Origin: an uncultured Gemmatimonadales bacterium
Lineage (GTDB): Bacteria; Gemmatimonadota; Gemmatimonadetes; Longimicrobiales; Longimicrobiaceae
Assembly (NCBI GenBank): GCA_963716255.1
Contig: OY970303.1
Coordinates: 672,001 to 736,000 of the forward strand
Direction: 5' to 3'
DNA length: 64,000 nucleotides
Below the pieces are notes generated by a model that ran no database searches, had not been told where the DNA came from, and saw only the letters and a program-made list of their open reading frames with translations. This document shows, piece after piece, positions 50,176 through 60,448 of this stretch (positions are counted from its first letter, which is position 1; each line of letters begins with the position of its first letter). The translations under genes and the position numbers were made by a program.

Positions 50176-51399
50176 TTAGACTCGTTCCACCGACAGAGCG
50201 ACCGCGTCGCCGCCGCCCAGGCAGAGCGTGGCGAGGCCGGTCTGGGCGTCGCGGTCCTTCATGGCGTGCAGCAGCGTGGTCAGCACCCGCGCGCCCGACG
50301 CGCCGATGGGGTGCCCCAGCGCGACGGCGCCGCCGTTGACGTTGACGCGGTCCCAGTCCCACCCCAGCCCGGCGCCGTCGGCGAGCGCCTGCACGGCGAA
50401 CGCCTCGTTGGCCTCGATCAGGTCGTAGTCGCCGATCTGCGTGCCGGACTTCTTCATCAGCTTCTTCACCGCCTCGATGGGGGCGAAGAACAGTTCCCTG
50501 GGCTCCACGGCGCCGGTGGAGTAGGCGTTGATGCGGGCCATGATCTCCAGCCCGTTGGCGCGCGCGTACTCCTCGGAGACCACCACCACGGCGGAGGCCC
50601 CGTCGTTCATGGAGGATGCGTTGCCCGCCGTCACCACCGGGTCGGTCACGTCCTTCGGCGCGTCCTTCGCGAAGGCGGGCTTGAGCCTGCCGAGCGACTC
50701 CATGCTGCTGTCGGCGCGCGGGCCCTCGTCCGTGTCCACCACGGTGGGGCCCTTGCGGCCGGCGATCTCCACCGGGACGATCTCCTCCCTGAACTTGCCG
50801 GCTTCCATGGCCGCCGTCGCCTTGCGGTGCGAGGCCACCGAGAACTCGTCGGCCATCTCGCGGGTGACGCCCGCCTTCTTGGCGGTGTACTCGGCGTGGC
50901 CGCCCATGTGGACCTCGCAGAACGAGCACCACAGCCCGTCGCGGATCAGCCCGTCCACCACCGTCTGGTCGCCGAACTTGACGCCGTTCCGGTAGCCGTA
51001 CAGGTAGAAGGGCGCGTTGGACATGGACTCCTGCCCGCCGGCGATCACCACCTGGCTGTCCCCCGCGCGGATGGACTGCGCGGCGAGCATCACGGCCTTG
51101 AGGCCGGAGCCGCACACCTTGTTGATGGTGAGCGCGGACACCATGGCCGGGAGCCCGGACTTGATGACCGCCTGGCGCGCGGGGGCCTGCCCCACGCCGC
51201 CCTGCACCACGTTGCCCATGATGACCTCGGCCACGTCGTCCGGCGAGACGCCGGAGCGCGCCACCGCCTCGCGGATGGCGATCGCGCCCAGCTCGGGCGC
51301 GGACAGCGGGGCGAGCGCCCCCAGGAAGCGGCCGATGGGGGTGCGGACCGCGCTCACGATCACGGGCGTGGTCCGCGGGTCGTTCGACATCTGGATCAT
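50176..51399 (-). CDS. Acetyl-CoA acetyltransferase (thiolase)
   Basis: [24 protein letters not shown]. Confidence 0.96.
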   Translation of the reverse strand: MIQMSNDPRTTPVIVSAVRTPIGRFLGALAPLSAPELGAIAIREAVARSGVSPDDVAEVIMGNVVQGGVGQAPARQAVIKSGLPAMVSALTINKVCGSGLKAVMLAAQSIRAGDSQVVIAGGQESMSNAPFYLYGYRNGVKFGDQTVVDGLIRDGLWCSFCEVHMGGHAEYTAKKAGVTREMADEFSVASHRKATAAMEAGKFREEIVPVEIAGRKGPTVVDTDEGPRADSSMESLGRLKPAFAKDAPKDVTDPVVTAGNASSMNDGASAVVVVSEEYARANGLEIMARINAYSTGAVEPRELFFAPIEAVKKLMKKSGTQIGDYDLIEANEAFAVQALADGAGLGWDWDRVNVNGGAVALGHPIGASGARVLTTLLHAMKDRDAQTGLATLCLGGGDAVALSVERV

Positions 51400-51445
51400 A
51401 TCTCCGGTCCTGTTGGGTCTGGGCTCATTCGTCGGCGCGGCGTCC

Positions 51446-52339
51446 TCACACGGGCCGCAGCGCCACTCCCTTCGCGTCCGCCTCCACGTATCCCCACGGC
51501 GTCGCCGGGTCGTGCGTGGAGACCAGCAGCCAGCGCTCGTCCACGGCGCGGCGCAGCAGCGCCCGCTTGGACTCCAGCGTGACCAGGGGCTCCACGTCGT
51601 ACCCCATGATCCACGGGAGCGGGAGGTGCGCCATGGTGGGGACCACGTCCGCCATGAAGCACGCCGTCTCGCCGCCGGAGCGCACCAGCACCGACTGGTG
51701 GAAGGGGCAGTGCCCCGGCGTCGGCAGCGTCGCGATCCCGGGCACGATCTCCACGGCGCCCTCCACCAGCTCCAGCCGCCCGGCCCGCATCACCGGGACG
51801 AAGTTGTCCGGGAGGTAGCTGGCCTGGGTGCGCTCGTTGGCGCGGTGCGCCCAGTCCCACTCGCCGCGCTGCACGTGGTAGCGCGCGTTGGGAAACGAGA
51901 GCCGCACCGCCCCCTCCGCGTCGCGGAAGGTGTTGCCCCCCGCGTGGTCGAAGTGGAGGTGCGTGTTCACCACCACGCCCACGTCCTCCGGCGAGAAGCC
52001 GGCCAGGCGCACCGCTTCCTGGAGGCGGTCGGGGGCGCCGGAGCCGGGGGACGCAGCGTTGTCCACGCCGTAGATGTCCCGGAACTTCGCGTCCTCCTTG
52101 TTCCCCAGCCCGGTCTCCACCAGCACCAGGGCGTCCCGCGTCTCCACCAGCAGGCAGCGGAGCCCCAGGGGGATGCGGTTGCGCTCGTCGGCGGGGATGC
52201 GGCGCTCCCAGAGCGGCTTCGGGACCACCCCGAACATCGCCCCGCCGTCCAGTCGCTGGGTCCCCGCCTCCAGCGCGTGGATGCGGAAGTCGCCCAGCGC
52301 GCGGGTCCGCACCAGCGGCGGCGCCCCGGCTTCGCTCAC
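51446..52339 (-). CDS. Metallo-beta-lactamase-fold hydrolase (YtnP-like)
   Basis: LDGGAMFGVVPK, THLHFDHAGG, TPGH, MGYD. Confidence 0.9.
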   Translation of the reverse strand: MSEAGAPPLVRTRALGDFRIHALEAGTQRLDGGAMFGVVPKPLWERRIPADERNRIPLGLRCLLVETRDALVLVETGLGNKEDAKFRDIYGVDNAASPGSGAPDRLQEAVRLAGFSPEDVGVVVNTHLHFDHAGGNTFRDAEGAVRLSFPNARYHVQRGEWDWAHRANERTQASYLPDNFVPVMRAGRLELVEGAVEIVPGIATLPTPGHCPFHQSVLVRSGGETACFMADVVPTMAHLPLPWIMGYDVEPLVTLESKRALLRRAVDERWLLVSTHDPATPWGYVEADAKGVALRPV

Positions 52340-53211
52340 GCCTGGTCCATGGAACGCGGGGTGGCGGTGCGCTTGCGGCGCGGGGCGCGCTTCCCCAGGA
52401 GCACGTCCACCCCATCCCAGTCCTCGATCCCCCGCTCCTCCAGCGCGTCCAGGAAGCGCAGCAGCACGTGCGCGGTCGCCACCGCGTCGTCCAGGGCGCG
52501 GTGCCGCGACTCGATCTCCAGGCCGAAGTACAGCGCCAGCCCGTCCAGCGAGCGCGACGGGAGCTGCGGGAGGAGCTTGCGGGCCAGCTTCACCGTGCAC
52601 AGCTGCCGCCCGGCGGGGAGGATCCCCGTGGAGCGCTCCAGCTCGGCGCACACGAAGCGCCAGTCGAAGGGGGCGTTGTGGGCGACGAAGACCCGCCCCT
52701 CCAGGAGGGGGAGGACCTGGTCGGCCACCTGCCCGAAGCGCGGCGCGCCGGCCACCATCGCGTCGGTGATCCCGGTGAGCGACACGATCATGGAGGGGAT
52801 GCGCACCCCCGGGTTCACCAGCGTGGCGAAGCTTTCGCGGATCTCCCCGCCCTCCACGCACACGGCGGCGATCTCGGTGACGCGGTGCCCGCTCCCCGGG
52901 GAGCCGCCCGTGGTCTCCACGTCCACCACGACGAAGCGCTCGTCGCGCAGCAGCCTGCGGACCGGCGCCTGCGCGCCCAGCGACCACACGCCCTCGGTCG
53001 ACACGGAGAAGCGGGGGTCCGTCCCCAGCAGCGCGAACACCGCCGCGGCGGCCGCCCGCGCGTCGCCCCGGATGCCCAGGACCTGCGAGGCGAGCACCGC
53101 CGTGTCCAGCGGCCCGTATTCCAGCATGCGGACGGCCCGCTCGGTCAGCGACCCGCCGCGCTGGAAGCGGAGCCCCTCGTTGTAAGCGCCCTGCATCTGC
53201 ACCGCTTTCAC
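52336..53211 (-). CDS. DEDDh 3'-5' exonuclease (DnaQ-like) with N-terminal extension
   Basis: VVDVETTG, AHNAPFD, HRALDDA; start uncertain (53211, 53202 or 53196). Confidence 0.9.
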   Translation of the reverse strand: MKAVQMQGAYNEGLRFQRGGSLTERAVRMLEYGPLDTAVLASQVLGIRGDARAAAAAVFALLGTDPRFSVSTEGVWSLGAQAPVRRLLRDERFVVVDVETTGGSPGSGHRVTEIAAVCVEGGEIRESFATLVNPGVRIPSMIVSLTGITDAMVAGAPRFGQVADQVLPLLEGRVFVAHNAPFDWRFVCAELERSTGILPAGRQLCTVKLARKLLPQLPSRSLDGLALYFGLEIESRHRALDDAVATAHVLLRFLDALEERGIEDWDGVDVLLGKRAPRRKRTATPRSMDQA

Positions 53212-54455
53212 CAGATGTCTTCCCGGAGCACCGGGAGAGTCATGCACCTCCCGCCACCTCCGCCGCGGACCAGCTCCGCGCCCTCGAACGCGATCACCGC
53301 CTTTTCGCCCTCCTCCACCTCCACGTCGCCGGTGAGGTAGTCGAGCGCGTTGACCACCCGGAACCCCGCTTCCTTCTCCATCTCGCGCATGGTGGCCTCG
53401 TTGCGCGTGTAGCCCAGGACCACGCCCGGCCGCACCGCGACGAAGTTGCACCCGCTGGCCCACTGCTCCCGCTCCTGCATGGTGGGGTGCTGCCCGCCGC
53501 AGCAGATGGCCGTGAGCGGCAGGTCCATGTTCTTGAGGGCGGCGAACACGTCGGAATATTCGCGCACGCCCCTGCCGTCGGCGCGGTAGTACAGCACCGG
53601 GAGCCGCGCGGGCCCGAAGAAATACGGCGGGTACACCACGCAGTGCTCGCGGTCCACCATGGTCAGGATCATGTCCAGGTGGATGGCCGGGCTCTCGCTG
53701 GGGAGGACCACCACCAGCACGTGCTCCACCCCCGCGGTCTCGCGCAGCCCCTCGATCAGCCCCTCGATGGCGGCCGGCGAGGAGCGCTCGGAAAGCCCGA
53801 TCATCGCCAGGTCGGGGCGCAGGATGAGGACGTCGCCGCCCTCGATGGTGTAGTCGCTGCGGTGCTCCTCGGCCCCGTCGTAGATCAGGCCGGCGTTCCC
53901 CAGGAGCGGGTGGTAGGTGAAGAGCGCCTTCATCAGCAGCTCCTCGGTCCAGCGCACCGCGTACTTCATGGCGCCGATGATGATCCCCTGGTTCACCACC
54001 ATCGCGGCGTCGCGGGTGAAGAACAGGTTGGGGAGCGGCGGCAGCTCGTACGACACCTTGTGGAGGAGCTTGGAGATGGGCCCCTGCGGCGACTCCTTGC
54101 CCTCGATGAACATGCGGATCAGGTCCTCGCCGGGCGTCTCGGCCACCTTGTCGCCGAGCGGCTCGGACGAGGCCACCTCCATGACGCGCTCCACCAGGAA
54201 GCGCCGCACGTGCGGCTCGTCGATGATGTCCGACAGGAGGTCGCGGACCTCCAGCACCTCGCAGAAGCGCGACAGGATGGCGCGGAAGCGGTGGTGCTCC
54301 CGGCGCGCCTGGTCCACGTCGATGATGTCGTCGTAGAGGAACTGCTCGCGGTTCGACGGCGTGACGGCGCGCAGCTCGTTCCCCGGGGTGTGGACGACAA
54401 CCCTGCGGAGCTGGCCGATCTCGGAGGTGACGTGGACGCGCGCGGTCGTATTCAT
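53208..54455 (-). CDS. arcA: Arginine deiminase
   Basis: SEIGQL, PLPNLFFTRD, IEGGD, IHLD, GGGGRCMTLP. Confidence 0.93.
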   Translation of the reverse strand: MNTTARVHVTSEIGQLRRVVVHTPGNELRAVTPSNREQFLYDDIIDVDQARREHHRFRAILSRFCEVLEVRDLLSDIIDEPHVRRFLVERVMEVASSEPLGDKVAETPGEDLIRMFIEGKESPQGPISKLLHKVSYELPPLPNLFFTRDAAMVVNQGIIIGAMKYAVRWTEELLMKALFTYHPLLGNAGLIYDGAEEHRSDYTIEGGDVLILRPDLAMIGLSERSSPAAIEGLIEGLRETAGVEHVLVVVLPSESPAIHLDMILTMVDREHCVVYPPYFFGPARLPVLYYRADGRGVREYSDVFAALKNMDLPLTAICCGGQHPTMQEREQWASGCNFVAVRPGVVLGYTRNEATMREMEKEAGFRVVNALDYLTGDVEVEEGEKAVIAFEGAELVRGGGGGRCMTLPVLREDIW

Positions 54456-54495
54456 AGCCCCGGAAGATAGGCGGACGCCCCGGAAACGCGCAACC

Positions 54496-54533
54496 GAACG
54501 GCGAGGGAACAGGGAACAGCCTGCAACGGCAAC
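54496..54533 (+). repeat. Short repeat family D copy
   Basis: GAACGGCGA GGGAACA GGGAACA GCCTGCAACGGCAAC. Confidence 0.8.
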
Positions 54534-54623
54534 TGCGGCGCCGGACAGCGTAAGCTGAACAGCGCAAAAGGTTGGTATGTAGTGATCTTTTCCTTTACCG
54601 GGATGACGCCCCGGCTAAGGGGG

Positions 54624-54719
54624 ATCGCGCGAATCAAGGCGCGCGAGGAGGGGCGACTGAGGCGTGGTTTTTTCACGCCGCAGGGAGCCCCGACGAGCAG
54701 CAACGCAGAGTCGCGCGAT
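54624..54719. other. Rod-like imperfect palindrome (candidate structured element)
   Basis: Nested helices ATCGCGCGA/TCGCGCGAT, GGGGC/GCCCC, CTG/CAG, GGCGTG/CACGCC around a GTTTTTT loop. Confidence 0.6.
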
Positions 54720-54732
54720 TTACCGACGCCGG

Positions 54733-55362
54733 TTACCGAAGCCGCTCGCCGGAGATCGCATAGGCCAAGCCTTCGAGCTCTACGGTCATGTCCACGTATC
54801 TCAGGGCGACGCTCTCCGGGACGCGCAGGCGCGTGGGGGCGAAGTTGAGGATCGCGCGCACCCCGGCGCTCACCACGCGGTCCACCACGCCCTGCGCGGC
54901 CTCGGCGGGGACGGCCACGATGACGATGTCGATGCGCTCCTCGCGCAGGGCGAGGTCCATGTCCGGGTCGTGGCGCACGCGAAGGTCGCCCCAGGCGGCG
55001 CCCACCTTGCCGGGGTCGGAGTCGAACACCGCCTGGATGTGGAAGCCGCGGCGCTGGAAGTCGCGGTAGGAGAAGAGCGCCGAGCCGATCTTGCCGGCTC
55101 CCACCAGCGCCACGCGCCAGGTGTGGTCGAGCCCCAGGATCTCGCGGATGCGGCCCACCAGCTCCGGCACCGAGTAGCCCAGCCCCCGCTTGCCGAAGGA
55201 GCCGAAGAACGACAGGTCCTTGCGCACCTGCGCGGAGGTGGTGCCCCCGCGCTCGGCCAGGTCGTCGCTGGAGATGGTGTCGAGGCCGCGGTCCGCGGCC
55301 TCCTGGAGAAAGCGCAGGTACAGCGAGAGCCTGCGGACGGTGGATTCCGAGATCTTCTTCAT
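54733..55362 (-). CDS. rex: Redox-sensing transcriptional repressor Rex
   Basis: STVRRLSLY, QVRKDLSFFG.FGKRGLGY, GAGKIG, ILNFAP. Confidence 0.97.
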   Translation of the reverse strand: MKKISESTVRRLSLYLRFLQEAADRGLDTISSDDLAERGGTTSAQVRKDLSFFGSFGKRGLGYSVPELVGRIREILGLDHTWRVALVGAGKIGSALFSYRDFQRRGFHIQAVFDSDPGKVGAAWGDLRVRHDPDMDLALREERIDIVIVAVPAEAAQGVVDRVVSAGVRAILNFAPTRLRVPESVALRYVDMTVELEGLAYAISGERLR

Positions 55363-55404
55363 TCGCGGCGAACCCACGGGAACGGCTGGGCGACTGCCCC
55401 ATAC

Positions 55405-55422
55405 TTGTGAAACAATTCACAA
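55405..55422. promoter_or_regulatory. Rex operator
   Basis: TTGTGAA-ACAA-TTCACAA, a perfect match to the canonical Rex box, about 42 nt upstream of rex. Confidence 0.93.
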
Positions 55423-55458
55423 GATAAGGCGCGGGAAATCCCGCGTCAACGGCGCCGC

Positions 55459-56292
55459 TCAGCCGCCGCGTCCCTTCCTGCGCGCCGCCAGGGCGCGGGC
55501 CAGCCGGATGAACTCCTCCGGGGAAAAGGTCTCCGGGCGCTGCGCGAGGTCGAAGCCCAGCTCCGCGCCCAGCGCCTCCACCTCGGCGGGCGACAGGGCG
55601 TACGCGTCGCGGAGGATGCGCTGGAACTGCTTGCGGCGCTGCCCGAACGCCGCGCGCGTCAGGGCGCGCAGCGCTCCCTCCTCCTCCTGCGGCAGCCGCG
55701 GGGGGACGTGCGGAGTGATGCGGACGACGGTGGACTCCACGTCCGGGACCGGGCGGAACGACCCGCGCCCCACGTGAAGCACCCGCTCCGCGTCCGCCAC
55801 GGCGCGTACTCCCACCGCCAGCGCGCCGTACGTCCTGCTCCCGGGCTCGGCGAGGATGCGGTCCGCCACCTCGCGCTGCACCATGAGCACGATGGCGCGG
55901 GGGCGCACCCGGCGCTCCAGCAGCGAGAAGAGGATGGGGGTGGTGATGTTGTAGGGGATGTTGCCGATGACCAGGAGCCCGGCGGGATCGGCGGAGAGGC
56001 GCTCCAGCGGAACGTCCAGGATGTCGCCGTGCACAACCTCCACCGAGGGGTCGCCCGCGAACTCGGCCGCGAGGCGGGGGGCCAGGTCGTTGTCCAGCTC
56101 CACCAGCACCAGGCGGCGCACGGTGCCGGCCAGGTGGCGGGTGAGCGCCCCCCGCCCCGGCCCGATCTCCAGCACCTCGTCGTCCGGGCCCGCGCCCAGC
56201 GACTGCACGATGCGGCGCTGGGCGTTCGCGTCCACCAGGAAGTTCTGCCCCAGGGACTTCTTGGCGCGGTGGCCGCCTTCGCGGGGGCTCAC
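55459..56292 (-). CDS. rsmA: 16S rRNA dimethyladenosine transferase
   Basis: KKSLGQNFL, EIGPGRG, GNIPYNIT, MVQREVA. Confidence 0.97.
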   Translation of the reverse strand: MSPREGGHRAKKSLGQNFLVDANAQRRIVQSLGAGPDDEVLEIGPGRGALTRHLAGTVRRLVLVELDNDLAPRLAAEFAGDPSVEVVHGDILDVPLERLSADPAGLLVIGNIPYNITTPILFSLLERRVRPRAIVLMVQREVADRILAEPGSRTYGALAVGVRAVADAERVLHVGRGSFRPVPDVESTVVRITPHVPPRLPQEEEGALRALTRAAFGQRRKQFQRILRDAYALSPAEVEALGAELGFDLAQRPETFSPEEFIRLARALAARRKGRGG

Positions 56293-56305
56293 GGCGGGGC
56301 CGCGC

Positions 56306-57895
56306 TCAGAGCCGCACCAGCAGCGCGGTGCGGTCGTCCGCGGGGACGCCGGTCGCGCCGGGAGCGGCCCCCAGCCCGAAGAGGCGGCCCATCAGGTCGC
56401 GCACCCCGGCCCCGCGGCCGCGGACCACCTCGTCCACCAGGATCCGCGAGCCCTCCACCTCCCCGGCCTCCAGCGAGTCGGAAAGGCCGTCGGTGAACAG
56501 GAAGAGCAGGTCCTCGCCGCGGCGCCAGGGGACCTGGTTCTCGTGGTAGTCCTCCAGGTCCACGATCCCCAGCGGCGGGTCGGTGGCGCTCAGGCGCTCC
56601 ACCGCGCCGTCGCCGCACACCCGGAAGGCGTGGCCGTGCCCGGCGTTGGCGTAGGTGATCCGGCCCCCTTCCGGGTCGATGACCCCGTAGAAGAGGGTCA
56701 GGTACATCTCCGTGGTCTCCAGCTCGTCGATCAGGGTGCGGTGCACGCGGCGCAGCACCTCGGCCGGGGGGTCGCCCTCGGAGGCGTGGATGGCGACGGC
56801 GCTCATGGTGAGCGCCATGATCAGCGCCGCCCCGAAGCCGTGGCTGGACACGTCGCCGATCATTGCCCCCAGCCGCCCGCCGGGGAGACGGAACAGGTGG
56901 TAGAAGTCGCCCCCCACCGACTCGGCGGGGACGCAGCGCGCGGCCACCTCGGCGTACCCCTCGAACTGCTCCACCGGCGGGAGGAGCTTGAGCTGCAGGT
57001 CGTGGGCGAGCTCCATCTCCCGCTCCATCCGCTGCTGGCGCAGGCTTTCCTCGATGAGCCGGCTGTTCTCCACCGCCGCGCCGATCTGGCTGGCGATGGC
57101 GGAGAGCAGCTTCAGGTCGCCGGCGGAAAAGGCTTCGTCGGTGCTGCGCCCCACCAGGTTGATGACGCCGATGGTGCGCGCCTCCCCCTCGGGCGGGGTG
57201 TAGCTCACGGGGACGGACAGGAAGGAGCCGCGCATCAGGTTGGCGGGATCGCAGCCGGGGCGCGGGTGCTCCTCGGTGGGCCCCAGGAGCACGGGGCGCC
57301 GCTCGCGGAACACCTCGGCCGTGACGGAGCAGGGATCGTCCAGGGCGATGGGCCCCACCTGGCCGTCGCCCCCCACCGCCGCCGCAAGGCGCAGCCGCGC
57401 CGCCTCGGGCTCGTGCACCCAGAGCGAGGCCCGCTGCGCCCCCAGGATCCCGATCACCTCCTCCAGGATGGTCCCGGCGGCGCTCTCCAGCGAGATCACG
57501 GAGCCCAGGATCTCGCTGATGGAGTAGAGGAGGGTGATCTCCTCGTAGCGCTCGATGATCTCCCGGCTCATCGAGCGCACCTCCACGTCGTGGCGGAGGG
57601 TGCGGCCCAGCGACGAGGCCAGGAAGCGGGCCGCGGGGCGCGCCTCGTCGGGCGGGAGCCCCAGCACCTCCACGCGCAGCGCCCCCCCGGCGCCGTCGGC
57701 GAACTCCGCGGCGTCCGGTCCGGGGCCGCGCTCCTCCGTTGCCTCCGCGCACCTCCAGCCGTCGGCGGCGCGCAGCCAGACGCGCGCCTCGCGCCCGCAG
57801 TCGCGCCGGAAGTCGGCGAGGACTTCGCGCGCCGCGTCCGGGATGCGGACGGGGGACGGGAGGGGGGCGGACGGGGGCGCCACGGTGGGATTCAC
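56306..57895 (-). CDS. GAF + PP2C (SpoIIE/RsbU-type) phosphatase
   Basis: GAF domain; VGGDFY, GDVSSHG, NAGH, TDGL, DDRT. Confidence 0.93.
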   Translation of the reverse strand: MNPTVAPPSAPLPSPVRIPDAAREVLADFRRDCGREARVWLRAADGWRCAEATEERGPGPDAAEFADGAGGALRVEVLGLPPDEARPAARFLASSLGRTLRHDVEVRSMSREIIERYEEITLLYSISEILGSVISLESAAGTILEEVIGILGAQRASLWVHEPEAARLRLAAAVGGDGQVGPIALDDPCSVTAEVFRERRPVLLGPTEEHPRPGCDPANLMRGSFLSVPVSYTPPEGEARTIGVINLVGRSTDEAFSAGDLKLLSAIASQIGAAVENSRLIEESLRQQRMEREMELAHDLQLKLLPPVEQFEGYAEVAARCVPAESVGGDFYHLFRLPGGRLGAMIGDVSSHGFGAALIMALTMSAVAIHASEGDPPAEVLRRVHRTLIDELETTEMYLTLFYGVIDPEGGRITYANAGHGHAFRVCGDGAVERLSATDPPLGIVDLEDYHENQVPWRRGEDLLFLFTDGLSDSLEAGEVEGSRILVDEVVRGRGAGVRDLMGRLFGLGAAPGATGVPADDRTALLVRL

Positions 57896-58392
57896 GCGCC
57901 GGATGCCCGGCGCAGGGGAGAGGTGCCGCGGTGGAGGACGAAGCGCACCTCGTTGCCGCGCTCGTTGTACTCCACCTCGTCCATCAGGTTGTGGAGGAGG
58001 AAGATCCCCCGGCCGCCGGTGCGCTCCAGGTTCTCGTCGAGCGTGGGGTCGGGGACGTCGCCGGGATCGAAGCCGTCCCCCTGGTCACGGACGGCCACCT
58101 CGATGCGCTCGGCGCTGAGCTCCACCTGCACGCGGACGCACTTGCCGGGGTCCTGCCGGTTGCCGTAGGTCACGGCGTTGGCAAGGGCCTCGCACATCCC
58201 CACCCGGAAGTTGAGCGTGAGCTTGGAGCCGTCGAAGCTGACCCCGCGGCAGCGCTCCACCAGGTAGGAGACCACGCCTTCGATGACGCGGAGGTCGCTG
58301 GGGAGCTCCAGCACGAACGCCACCGGCTCCCCGGCCTCCGCCGCGGCCCGCCCTCCCGGGCGGGCCGGCTGTGCCTCGTGTCTGGGGCGCAT
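57892..58392 (-). CDS. RsbW-type anti-sigma factor Ser kinase
   Basis: EALANA, DQGDGFD, GGRGIFL..LMDEV. Confidence 0.92.
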   Translation of the reverse strand: MRPRHEAQPARPGGRAAAEAGEPVAFVLELPSDLRVIEGVVSYLVERCRGVSFDGSKLTLNFRVGMCEALANAVTYGNRQDPGKCVRVQVELSAERIEVAVRDQGDGFDPGDVPDPTLDENLERTGGRGIFLLHNLMDEVEYNERGNEVRFVLHRGTSPLRRASGA

Positions 58393-58406
58393 CCCTCGCG
58401 CGGAGT

Positions 58407-58739
58407 TCAGAGAGACTGGAGCGCCTCGTCGCGGGAATCCGCGATGTTGAACAGAGTGTCCAGCTTGGTGAGCTCGAAGAGGGTGCGCAGGTCCTCGTTG
58501 AGGTTGGCGAGCCGCAGCTCCCCGCCCTGCTCGCGGATCTTCTTGGACAGGCTCACCAGCACGCCCAGCCCCGAGGAGTCGATGTAGCCGGTGTTGGCGA
58601 AGTCGATGAGGAACTTGCGCTCGCCGGACTCCAGCTCGTCCAGCACCTTCTGCTTGAGCTCCTGCCGGTTCCCGACGATCAGCTGGCCGTCCACGTCCAC
58701 CACCACCACCCCGTTCTGCTTACTCGTCTGGAAGCTCAT
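58407..58739 (-). CDS. STAS-domain anti-anti-sigma factor (RsbV-type)
   Basis: GGAG RBS, MSFQTSKQ; YIDSSGLGVL. Confidence 0.94.
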   Translation of the reverse strand: MSFQTSKQNGVVVVDVDGQLIVGNRQELKQKVLDELESGERKFLIDFANTGYIDSSGLGVLVSLSKKIREQGGELRLANLNEDLRTLFELTKLDTLFNIADSRDEALQSL

Positions 58740-58896
58740 GGCTCCTCCACGCCTCAGGTTGATATCCGAAACAGACCGGAACCCGCAGGGCAAGCGATGT
58801 GCCATTTGAGGGAACAGGGAATCCCCGCCACGGCCCTTCCCCACCCAAGGGAACAGGGAACAGCCCCCGAACTTCAAAGGACAACAGCCGTCCGCC

Positions 58897-58932
58897 GTCG
58901 TAGTTGCAGGCTGTCCCCGGTACCCTGTCCCC
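58897..58932 (-). repeat. Short repeat family D copy
   Basis: Reverse complement GGGGACA GGGTACC GGGGACA GCCTGCAAC; an opposing partial copy GGGAACAGGGAACAGCC lies near 58849. Confidence 0.7.
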
Positions 58933-59918
58933 TAGCCGGCCATCAGCCCCGTAAGGCAGGCGACGTTGACAATATCGTCCACGCTGGCGCCGCGCGAAAG
59001 GTCGTTGCAGGGCCGCGCCAGCCCCTGCACCAGCGGGCCGATCGCCTCGGCGCCGGCGAGGCGCTGCACCAGCTTGTACGCCAGGTTGCCGGCGTCCAGG
59101 TCGGGAAAGACCAGCACGTTGGCGCGGCCGGCCACCGGGGAGCCGGGCGCCTTGCGCGCGCCGATGGCCTCGACCAGGGCGGCGTCGGCCTGCAGCTCGC
59201 CGTCGGCGGGGACGTGCGGGGCGCGCTCCCGGAAGAGCTCCAGCGCCTCCCGCACCTTGGTGACCGAGGGGCCCTCGGCGCTCCCCAGGGTGGAGTACGA
59301 CAGGAAGGCGACGCGCGGCTCGTCGCCCACCACCCGGGCGCGCGCGGCGGCGGCGGCGACGGCGATGTCGGCCAGCTGCTCGGCGGTGGGGTCGGGGACC
59401 ACCGCCCCGTCGGTGAAGGTGAGCACCTCCGGCTCGCCGCCGCGGAAGGGGCGCACCACCATGTAGAAGGAGGAGGAGACGGTGCGGATGCCGGGCGCCG
59501 GCCCCACCGCCCAGAGCGCGGCGCGGATCACGTCGCCGGTGGAGTGGACCGCGCCCGCCACGGAGCCGTCGGCCTCGCCCGCGGCCACCAGCAGCGCGCC
59601 GAAGAGGAGCGGGTCGCCGGAGTGGCGCAGGGCGCCGGTCTCCGACATCCCCTTGGCCTTCCGCCGCTCGTGCAGGCGGGCGGCCAGCTCCGCGCGGCGG
59701 GGGTCGTGCTCCGGGTCCACCACCCGGGCCCCGTCTCCCACGCCCATGCGCTCCAGGTCGGCGGCGGTGAGCGGGCCGCCCACCACCAGCGGGCGCGCCA
59801 GCCCGTCGCGGGCCAGGATGGCGACGGCTTCCAGGGTGCGCGGATCGGCGCCCTCGGGAAAGACGATGCGGCGGGGATTCTCCCGGGCGCGGGCGCGGAC
59901 GCTCTCCAGGAAGCTCAT
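58932..59918 (-). CDS. pta: Phosphate acetyltransferase (short form)
   Basis: [40 protein letters not shown]. Confidence 0.95.
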   Translation of the reverse strand: MSFLESVRARARENPRRIVFPEGADPRTLEAVAILARDGLARPLVVGGPLTAADLERMGVGDGARVVDPEHDPRRAELAARLHERRKAKGMSETGALRHSGDPLLFGALLVAAGEADGSVAGAVHSTGDVIRAALWAVGPAPGIRTVSSSFYMVVRPFRGGEPEVLTFTDGAVVPDPTAEQLADIAVAAAAARARVVGDEPRVAFLSYSTLGSAEGPSVTKVREALELFRERAPHVPADGELQADAALVEAIGARKAPGSPVAGRANVLVFPDLDAGNLAYKLVQRLAGAEAIGPLVQGLARPCNDLSRGASVDDIVNVACLTGLMAG

Positions 59919-59926
59919 GGGGACGG

Positions 59927-60448
59927 TCAGACGATCTCCTCGGGGCGAACGACGGGAACGGGCTCGGCGGGGAGGAGGCGGCGCAGCACCGGCGCGGGGA
60001 CGAAGCGCGACACGTCGCCCCCCAGCGAGGCCACCTGCCGCACCAGCGTCCCGCTGACGAAGGCATGCTCGGGCGCGGGGGCGAGGAACACCGTTTCCAC
60101 GTCCGGGGCGAGCGCGCGGTTCATCGCCGCCATCTGCACCTCGTACTCCCAGTCGGCGACGGTGCGCACGCCGCGTACCACCACCCGCGCCCCGATGCGC
60201 CGCGCGTAGTCCACGAGCAATCCCTGGAACTCGGCGGCCTCCACCCGCGGCTCGCCGGCGAAGGTCTCGCGGATCATGCGCACGCGCTCCTCCACGGAGA
60301 ACATGGTCTTCTTGGTCTGCGTGGGCGCGTGGGACACGGCGACCACCACGCGGTCGGCGAGGGACAGCGCGCGGCGGACGATGTCCTCGTGCCCGGAGGT
60401 GACGGGGTCGAAGGAGCCGGGGAAGAGGGCGACGCGTGGCTCGGTCAT
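59927..60448 (-). CDS. coaD: Phosphopantetheine adenylyltransferase
   Basis: [20 protein letters not shown]. Confidence 0.95.
   Translation of the reverse strand: MTEPRVALFPGSFDPVTSGHEDIVRRALSLADRVVVAVSHAPTQTKKTMFSVEERVRMIRETFAGEPRVEAAEFQGLLVDYARRIGARVVVRGVRTVADWEYEVQMAAMNRALAPDVETVFLAPAPEHAFVSGTLVRQVASLGGDVSRFVPAPVLRRLLPAEPVPVVRPEEIV

Noticed and set aside
54624..54719. Rod structure as SRP or 6S RNA
   Set aside because: Lacks the SRP GNRA-capped domain IV; too short and without the large central bubble of 6S.
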